A DNA stretch of 60,000 nt from Vicugna vicugna. Its lineage: Eukaryota. This document shows positions 50,864 through 60,000 of this stretch, piece after piece. The stretch covers positions 2,604,909 through 2,664,908 of the forward strand of contig MU057560.1 in the NCBI GenBank assembly GCA_013265495.1, read 5' to 3'. A program made the translations under genes and the position numbers. The notes below the pieces were generated by a model, which saw only the letters and a list, made by a program, of their open reading frames with translations, was not told the DNA's origin and searched no databases. Position 1 is the stretch's first letter. Each line of letters begins with the position of its first letter.

Positions 50864-53522
50864 TCCTCCACAGAAAGGCTTGAAATTCTAGTTCGCTTTA
50901 TGGCCACTGTAAAATGCAGAAGACACATACAGATGCTGATTTTCTTTACCTGGTAGCTGGCTGGGCTGCAGGCTGATTTGCAGGACTGACAACCTTATTA
51001 TGCAGCCAGCTTATTATTGATATTATTCTGCACTCGGTTGCCATGGCCACCTTGTGAGAGACATTCAATTTTCTCTCTTCCATCATCATTATCTATGAGG
51101 CCATCTGTTGTGGAGAATGAATTCAGCCTCATTTGCATGACTGATAAGCAATTTTTTTTTTATCTATTTAACAGAAGGTCATATGCCGGGGATTTGGAGC
51201 TCGTGAAAAAAAATGTGGAAAAAAAAAAGCCTGTGGAGAGGATGAGTGGGAGCGCGTGCACTAGGGGATGCGTGTGGAAGTGAGGCAGACCCCTCAGGCC
51301 CGCCAGCCTATCGCAATTTGTCATTCCGGGCGACATTTTTTTTCCCCTAAGCTGCTGCACACTAAACAGGGAGAGAGCTTTCCTTGCAGTCTTCCTGAAG
51401 CCCCCCTGATTTTTAGACTCATTCTTGGTGGGTGTATTTTAATTTTTTCCATTCCCTGGACTATGGGTTATGGTATCAGTATTCACTGAAGACAAAAAGC
51501 AGCCTTTTCTGCATCTTGGTGGTAGGCATGTTCCTCATCATCGTTTCAGGCTTGGGGTGGAGCAGGGTTTGCTCTGCTTTCTGTGGACGTTGAGCTTGTC
51601 TCGCCTGTGAGCGCTCGCGGCCGTGTTGGGAGGTATGTGACGGTCGGCAGGTGGATGCTGGGGACGGCGTGGGCAGGTCTGCATTGCCGTAGTTCGAGCA
51701 CTTGTGCTCGAATGCCTATTGTTTGCTCCTTTTTAAGGTTGTTTTATAGCATGGCTGGTAGCTGAGATGTTCCTGGCTAGGAGTTTATAATCCACGGAAG
51801 TCTCTCTTTAAAGCAAAATTGGTATGATGTTGCATGCCTTAACCATGATGCTGCTGATAAAAAAAGACCTTGCTGCATGGACAGTACTTGGATGACATGC
51901 AGACACCGAAACAAAAACTTCCCGGAGACTTTACTGGATTACTTTACATTGCAAAGAAAGCACATCATTTTTTACAAAGGCTGTTAAAACATTAGATACT
52001 TTTGATGTAATGTTATATTTTCCTAATAGCAAGAAAGTTAGATGGTTTCAATTGAGAAACTCACATAAAGATTTTTAACTGTAACTGAAATGTTTGAAGT
52101 TCATAATAATGAAACAGTGTTTCACTTATAACAGGACTATACCTTTTAGTGCAACTTAAATTAATAAACTAAAAGTTCAAACTGCATACTTTATCTTCGA
52201 GGTAGATCAAAATAGGGCCATAAATATATACACATATAAATATTCATATAACAGCTAACTATTCAAAATATAGAGCTCTGACTTTGAATTTAGCATTAAT
52301 TTAGCCATGATAATTTCTTGTGCACTAAAGTGACATAATCTATGAAATTTTAAGTTATTTACTTACTTAGAAGAAAAATATTTATTATAATAGGAGCTTT
52401 TTTGTTCAAGTGTTTGTGTTTTTCACTGAACAAAACTAACTTCATAGACAAAAGCATCCTAGTACAACATGAAGGAGGCTTTCCTTCTGATTGTTCAACT
52501 TCATGAAAGTCATGCAGCCTTTTAAATGATAAAAAAGCATGTCTTTTATACAGAGAAAAATGGCTGTTTTTAAAAATATAAAAAGGGTTTTTGTACAATA
52601 CTCCTTTTTGAAAAACACCACCACTTCATTCCTGTAAGTGTTCACCTCTCAAGAACTTTGTATCCAAAGTGTTGATTGTATATTATACATGCTACTGATA
52701 CATTCTAGGAAAAAAAGAAAGTTTATTTTTTCTAATTGACTTAAAGGAGAGTGTATGATTCTCTCACCTCAAGTGCAATAAGTCAGTTGGTTAAAATTCT
52801 CCTTAAAGTTGTACTGCAGTAATAAATTTTCCTCATTAAATACAGTAGACCAGAGCTGATATGTTTGTGTAATAGTTCTTCACTTGATGGCACTTTTTAA
52901 AACTCTCACCACAGTGTCATGGACTTCTCATGAGCAAGCAGCTGTTACATAAGCCTTCCTTTTTAAATCAGCCATATTTTAAAAGAAATTTAGCTTGAGT
53001 ATTGGAGAAATAATTCCTTTGTAAATATTAATTTTACAGTTAGAGAGTCCAAAACAGTAAAAGCCTGATAGTTTATGAAGGTTATTCACAGTGACATCAC
53101 TTTTCTCAGAGGACCGTACTTTAAGCATCAGTAATGTGATACCTGGGTTTATGGCATAATATGAGGGGTTATGCTGTAGCCTTTTGATCAGAACATACAG
53201 CCTTCCGATCTGTGGAGCAAAATTGTCACCTTCTGAGAAACCTAGGAGATAGCACAGTTGATTTTTTTCCTTCCCCCCACCAAAAAAAAAAAGTTAATTA
53301 CCAATCTTGGTTGGACCCTTCCTTGCCTCCCTGACATTTGACTGCTGCTAATTCGCTGATTAATCTCATTAATGTGATTGGAGCCGGATTTGGAGCCGGC
53401 TGCCATTGTTCTGCAGACAGTGCTTTTCAGCCTGAGCACTTGCCACCTCATTCAGTTTTGCTGTGATTTTTCAAAGGCTGGCTGAGTGAGCTATTGTGAG
53501 CCAGGCTCCTCTCCTTTCCCCT

Positions 53523-53551
53523 TTCAGCACCGGGAGCTGTCCGCTGCTGAT
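53523..53551. promoter_or_regulatory. Non-canonical REST/NRSF (RE1)-like element
   Basis: TTCAGCACC-ggg-AGCTGTCC-gc-TGCTGA contains both RE1 half-sites. Confidence 0.5.
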
Positions 53552-56500
53552 AGCAGTTGTGTTCAGCAGTGACTGACTTCCCACTAGTTAACTGGCAATG
53601 CGAGAACGGCTCCCTCTCATCACCTTAATGATTGTACTCACTGAAGTGGAAGCAGGCACAGGCTTTATGGTCACAACTGGATGTTTTGAAGATTGTGGCA
53701 GAGAAGATAGGCAATCCCTGGATCTTTCTTTTGCACATGAAATTGTTACCCTACTTTCCAAATTACCAAACATGGTTTCATTAAAATTACTTGCATACAT
53801 GTAACTGTGAGTTAGCAAACCTGTAAACACTGCGTGGATATGCTTTTAAAATGGAAAATCTTTATGCAATGGGCATTTATGTAATTATTGATAAAATTTC
53901 ATTTTTGAAAAAGGTGAGCCAGGGTTACCAAGATAAACCAGTAAGGCAGAAAGTATACATGAAACACCAATTTCAACTTGTCTTGAGTGAAACTTGCAAC
54001 CTCCAGCAAAACTTAAGCCAATGTCATGATTTTGTGCTGGAAGCTGAGATCAAGGTTGAGGGCCCAGGAGTCTGTGACCATGTGTGGGGGGGAATACAAG
54101 AATTCCTAAAGACATATGAGCCCACCATTTCCTCTTGGACTGTAGAAGCAGCGTGAGCACATTTTAGGGAAATGTGAGTATTTTCAGAGAATGAGCCTCT
54201 TCAATATACTGCCTTTATTGTCCCTGGCATATTTTTCACCTGACTTATTTTTATTTTTTACACTCTGGAAAATGTTTATATTTCAAACGTTACTGCTGAA
54301 CACACCCAATTATTTCACTGTCTGATGTTTTGTTTTACATGCCAGTTTCCAATAGATTAGGGAAAAATAAGTTATTTTGTAACTTCAAAGCTTTTTGAAG
54401 TTTATCTATTTGTTAAAACTATACTTCAAATTCAAAATTCAGAGTTCATAATCTGATTATTTATTGAACTGCTTTTAGAAATACTTCACATGTGTGATAA
54501 AAAAAATCCAATCCCTTTTCTGAGAAAAATTCATTTTAGTGTCTAAACGATATTTTCAAAGTCACATGCGTAAACTAGACTTCCAGCTCTCCCTGTAAGA
54601 CAGCCTAACTTGAGGGGGAGGTGCTGTTTGTAAAAACACATTGTATCGTCTCAAATACTTTACTTATTGCACAATTTGCTGGCTACATTTTTAACTGTAA
54701 ACAACTTCAAACTTTATTTCCTCTTAAATATTTTATATTAAGAAGCCCATTCAGTGGAGGAAGAGGGACTAGAAAGATGCTTTTCTGTAAGACCCCGCTG
54801 CTCTGACATTGGAGGGCGGCTTGGCTGGAGGCCTCTGCAGTCCAGGCTATAATTTCCAATCAATCACCAGTTTTTCAAATGCATCTAGTACTTGGCCATG
54901 AAGTCTGCCTCGATGCGAAGTGTCCCCAGACAGAACTCTGTCCAGACAGCAAATGGATGGCAGTCTCAGAGAGACCCTCGGTTTTGCTAAATTCTTCTAA
55001 TCTAATGACTTCATATCACAATTTGATTGTCATATTATTATACATTTCCTTATTTTCAAGTTTTTGAAAAAAATCTTTTCATGACTCTTTTTTGTTGTTA
55101 TTGTTTTCTTTGGGGGAAAAATGTGTAGCATTCCTTAGGAAAGAGTGATAGAGGATAAGCTTGAACAAAAACTTGAACATGATTAACATAGTTTTCACCA
55201 AATAAGGTCCATCACAGTGTATTCGCTATACCTGACACTGAGCTACACTTATTCCAAGCGAAACTGAAGAGACACCATGACCTTTAAGAAGAAAATACTT
55301 CTATAAATTTTTTTTTGTAATTTTCTTTGGAAGTTGTAGCAAGTAAGCCATATCCATGTATTATGTGTGGCTGATACAAAAAATAACACAGCTTAAATTG
55401 CAGACTCCACAGATTGGAAATATTGCCCATAATAATCCTAACTTGGACCAGGAATAACACTAAATGCTCTCCTTTTGTGGTAATTTATCGTATGACTTTT
55501 CTGATACCAGATCATTCTAAGGTAGCAGACACGTTCTTCCATCATCAGGCTGTGTTTCAGGGCAACACGGTTTCAGCTGGAGTGCACTTTGTGTCCTCCT
55601 GTCTCTCTGTCTGCCCCCCCTCCCTCCCTCTTTCTCTCTCTCCTGTCCTCTCTCTTTAACTCTGTCCCTGGTTGTCCCTTTGGCCTCCCTGTCTTCTCTC
55701 TGTGTCTCTTTCACACCTGCATTGTTCAGGCAAACACAATGATTTTTCTATGCCTGTTTCACAGTGAAACTGTTTGCAGCTTTGACATCATAATGAGTCC
55801 TCAGGGCATCTGCAGAAGTACTCAGAGATGGCAGAGAAAATGTACACCAGGCCAGGTGTTATAAAACTGGAAAGAACGCATAAATGCTTATTTATTTTGT
55901 GAGGAAACACTGATAAGCACTGCTGTGTTAGGCTGAGCTGTTCGGAAATTTTTCCTAAAATGTATCTTTTCAAAAATCCCTACTCCCCACGTGGTGATTA
56001 CTGGAAAAGTTGGGAGGGGGAGGGAAATATTTTAGGTTGAGGTAAGGGGCATTGTGCTGTGAGAAGACGGAATGGTCAGACTGCAGTGATTTCCAGCAGG
56101 GCTGGATGGGAAGGAAATTGCCACCTCCGTAGGAACCAGTGTGTCTGGTCTCAAGACATCAGGCAAGAAGCTCGGGATTTAGAGACATCACCTTTGAAAG
56201 CTCGAGTAAGGTGTCTCGGTAACTTCGGACCTCTGTGCCGTCCTCCCCACAGAAACCACAGTCAGCACCGCGTTCCAGGGAAACCCTGCAGTGGTTTATC
56301 ACGGGGGTGGCGCTGCCCTGGGCTCTGCCTGCACACAGTGAGCGGGCAGAGTGGCAGCCCCGGAGGGAAGGGGCCAGCGTGGAAACGCATAGGGCCGCGC
56401 CGTGAACACGTGCGATGCTCTCTCCACGGCAGACGTAGCCCTGCCTGGGTGGAGGAGTAGGCTGCGGAGCGGGAGTGTGCTGGATGGCCGCCGACTCTCC

Positions 56501-57469
56501 TACGGACAGGTACCTCTTTCTCTTTATTAAAGGTTGCATGTGGTTACCTGGTTGTTGCCACTTGCAGCTCTTCGGAACGATTTCACTGGATCGCTTAAGG
56601 ACTTTGGCAAATAGTTGTTTCCTTGTCTCCCTGACTACCGTCAGCTCTTCTTTGATGACAGATTATGACAGCTCTTAAAACTGCCTGGTTTGGTGTACAA
56701 ATGAGCCAACAATGGACTCGTTCTCCAGCAGAGCTCCTCTCCCTGTCGATCTTTGTGGGCACCCGGTCCGTCTGCATGCTGTCTGGAGTTGTTACTAAAC
56801 AGGCGTCTGTGTATTCAAGGCTAGTGTCCGGGGAGGGTGGGAGGTGCTAAGTAGCCTTTATGATTTAACGTGGCCTTTCACAGTGCTGAGTGTTATCAGA
56901 GCGAGGTCTGCAGAGAGAGTGCCATGGCATGGTTACCGCGGGAGTGGAGCATTTGTTGCTGGACTCAAGAAGCCATGTATAAAATCAGCACTTTTTTTTT
57001 TCTACCGGAAAGATGCTAAAGTCATGTCTCTCTCTTCCCTTTTGTGTTTTGAGACCGTATTGGGTCCTGCCTTTTCAGACAGAAACTTTCTCTGCTATTT
57101 GTTTTCCTCAAGTGATACTGAAAGGCTGGCGGAGCTTTAACTTTCTCAGAGAAATAGTTCTATGTCTTTTGTTCGAAGAGAAAGCAATAAAGGGAAGGCG
57201 ATGCTGAAACCGAGCAGAGTGCGCTGCAGCCCGAAAGGGGCTTTAGGAGTCAGTTGGCATTAACTCTTGTGTCACTGTTCCTCCCTTTGAGGAGGTGGTG
57301 GGGCAGGTTTGAGAGCTCTGTCTGTGTTGTTTTGGTGCTTAGCTGTAGGGCCATGGGAAATGCTGTGGGTTCAGCTGCCTTTCTGAGGTCTCTCTGGCCA
57401 CGGCATGAATTTACCATCACATCAGTGTTGGGGGTGTATTTTTAGATATACTGCCTCTCCGGTGGCTGT

Positions 57470-57636
57470 CAACAGCCTGACTCTGGTATTTACAGTTCTC
57501 ATCTATTACATGAAATACGGCCCTGCACATGCTACACATTCTGCTCTAGAGATTTAGGGGCCTGTGGGTACGATGTAAGAAGCATACAGCACGCATCCCC
57601 AGTCTTGTCTGACTGTGTTGCCAGCTCAATAAACAG
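57470..57636 (+). mobile_element. Degraded MIR tail
   Basis: 'cagttctcatctattacatg...atgtaagaagcatacagcac...gctcaataaa'. Confidence 0.45.
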
Positions 57637-60000
57637 GAAGGTTGGGGACGACCGGCTTAATCCACAGCCTCAACTTGAAGGATACCTAGCTCAGAGCTGA
57701 ACTTCCCTCCGTGCTCGGGTCTGGGGAAATGGATGTGTATTGTGGTGCTTAGAGGATGCAGCCTGAGCCGGAGTAAGTCAGCAGGGCTGCTGAGGCTGCT
57801 CTGCTGCGGCTCCGTGGCCTCCCAGGGAGCCGGCCAGGGCTTGCAGCCCCTCCGCCGCGGGCTGCTGTCAACGGAAGCCCCACTTCCTGCACCAGGCGGA
57901 GCGCGGCACGCGTGCCTCTTCCCTGGCGTTTCGCGGTGTCAACTTATTAATTTCCATCTTGGACTTCAGGCCTGTTGGTTTCCTGTCTGAAAGCATTATG
58001 ACTTTTGTCCATGTGGCAAAATAATTAGCATAGAGATGAGCAGCGGCTGGGTGTCTGCGCGCCACTAGGGAAGAGGTGCGGTGGGAAGTTGATTGGATGC
58101 TCGGAGAACGAACGGTGGGCGTTCAGGAGCAGAAGAGTTTGCAGCGGTGGAGCAGGTTGGAGAATCTTCTGGGTGAGTCCCTAAGATGGAAGCGGGGTGG
58201 CTGCCGTGGGAGCGACGGCTCGGCGGAGGCTGGCCTAGTTGAAGGAGCCCGGGGACCGTGGGCGCGTTCCTGGGACCACTTTGTGTGCAATTCTTCAGGT
58301 TCCCCTTGGTATTCCCTCCAGGTAAATATGTCCTGTGCTTGTTTCCCGAGCGTCGGCTCCGCTTCCCAAAGTGGAGCAAAGTTCAACTCCCATGGTCAGT
58401 AACAAAAGGATGGGCGCTGCTGCCGGGGTAGGGAGGCTGGGGCATCCATCTTCTGGTGCTTGTGTCTGGAGTGAAAATGAACTGTTTGGAGATTATTGTT
58501 TTCAGAAATTTACAGCAGCCATTATTCAATGTGTTTAATTAATATTTTCTGAAACACTGTATCCAGACCAGGAAAATTAGCAAATGTTGCTTCAATGAAA
58601 GCCCAGACGTGATTAGTTTTGACTGGTGTGTATTTTTCCTAGCTGGAAGAGGATTTTAGCTGATGTAACCAGCAACTTACTGGAGATTTTGCAAATCGAA
58701 CTGAAGTTCCTATTGATCCGTAGGATCTGCAGACAGGAAAGAGGAGAATGAGCATCACCTCCGATACTTACAGTTCTTTTCAGAAAAATGGAGGCTGTTT
58801 TTCCAAATCAGTCTTCTGAGTTGAGAAATAAGTCAAAAGCCGGGTGGAATCCTAATTTTCTATTGTCATCGGTGACACACGTTTCTTATGTAATTCTGTG
58901 GTTGTGGTCCTGCAATGTGGTTGTTTTGATGTTTAGTTAGAGCTGCTTTCGCCTCAGAACTGACGAATAGTTCTCTCTTGTTTTCATAATCTCTACCCTC
59001 TCCTTAAAAGGCAAGGGTTTCATTTTAACTGACCTAATTATTTCATCTGCTTTTAAGGTAGAACTTAAGTAGAAATTACTACCGTTTAACTGTCTTTCTA
59101 TAGTTTCCTGAATATATGAAATCACTTATGGGTTTTATTTTGCTTTTATTTGGGTTTTTTTTTTTAACAGAGTTGCTTTACTTTAGCTGTTTGCTTTAGA
59201 CAATGACTGAATATTTGACAAAAAAAATGCAACTTTTTGGAGGGTCATTTCTTCTTTTTTAAAAAGCTATGCCTTTCCAAAAAAGAAACAAAACTACCTT
59301 CAATGACCCTATACCTCAAACACAAGGTACTGGAAAACATATTAACCCTTTATATGAAGCTTCTTGGTGTTGATCATTTTACCCCTCACACTTGAAGTTT
59401 CTGAATACTCACCCTGAGCTTTTGTTTTTTGCATAATATGTGAATTTTTCATGTTTATATCAATGAATATATATGTGTATATATGTATATGTGAAAACTT
59501 TTTTCTCTGTTTCATTTTTAAACTTGCTGGTAAACCGGAATGAGAAAACAATTGAGGGTTTTTTTTTAAATGATTTAACCAAACAGTATTAAATAACCAA
59601 ATTGTGCTAAAAACAGATTCATGAACTCTTGCCTAGAGAAAAATAATATGTCCAGCTCTAAGCTGAAATGTAGCAACAAGGAAGAACTGCTAGTTTTCAT
59701 CTCAGACACGAGCCGAGGCTGCTTCTAAGATTAAAACAATTCCTTTTAGTTTTATGATGGGTGATAACTTTCTTGGGGCAAAATATCAAGGCTCGGTTTT
59801 TAACCCCAAAGTGCCCACGTGCACCCAGAAAGGAGCACTTGAATGTCACCTACCACGCTGCACTCTTTGTGCCTGGCTGCCTTTCCAAGGTACAGTCGAG
59901 CTTTCTTTTTTAAGGGCCAAAATTATGTCATTAGTTTCCACTTGACAGAGTTACTTTACGCCACTGTCTGTCACACGGGGTCTCGGACACCGTGGAGGTG

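Larger units (their letters stand above)
49200..51540. promoter_or_regulatory. Putative promoter / 5' regulatory block of an unidentified, probably neural gene
   Basis: CCAAT 49252-49256, CRE-like GGACGTCA 49275-49282, TG/CG and GA tracts, X-box GTTGCCATGGCCAC 51037-51050, octamer ATTTGCAT 51131-51138, no recognisable TEs. Confidence 0.5.

Noticed and set aside
52108..52127. Iron-responsive-element-like CAGTG hairpin
   Set aside because: Five-nucleotide loop, no C bulge, and no evidence that it is exonic.
49200..53600. Assigning a gene name to the regulatory block
   Set aside because: No coding exon or sequence I truly recognise; a database search is needed.
55755..55769. GTTTCACAGTGAAAC palindrome with a miR-128-like start
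   Set aside because: Only the first ~10 nt match and there is no extended precursor hairpin.

Overview
Mammalian genomic DNA, almost certainly camelid: it carries a Vic-1-type tRNA-derived SINE and young L1 3' UTRs of the camelid type. I recognise no intact protein-coding gene. The only convincing protein-like ORF is the C-terminal third of LINE-1 ORF2p; the other ORF-track entries look like GC-rich noise or TE remnants. Layout: (1) two CpG-island promoter/first-exon modules at about 2.3-2.8 kb and 5.2-6.3 kb, with a CCAAT-array solo LTR between them; (2) a nested L1 stack at about 8.9-18.1 kb containing a young TSD-flanked L1, a roughly 560-bp inverted L1 pair and a probable 3' transduction; (3) a GC/CpG-rich intronic or intergenic stretch at 19-48 kb with old MIR, L2, MER and MaLR elements and an L1 locally rewritten towards GC; (4) a TE-poor block at about 48-57 kb that looks like the regulatory 5' region of a neuronal gene (CRE, CCAAT, X-box, octamer, Z-DNA and G4 tracts, non-canonical REST site). 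I could not identify the host gene(s). I see no evidence of a novel protein-coding system; the interesting signals are regulatory and structural. Repeat boundaries and subfamily names were judged by eye and are approximate.
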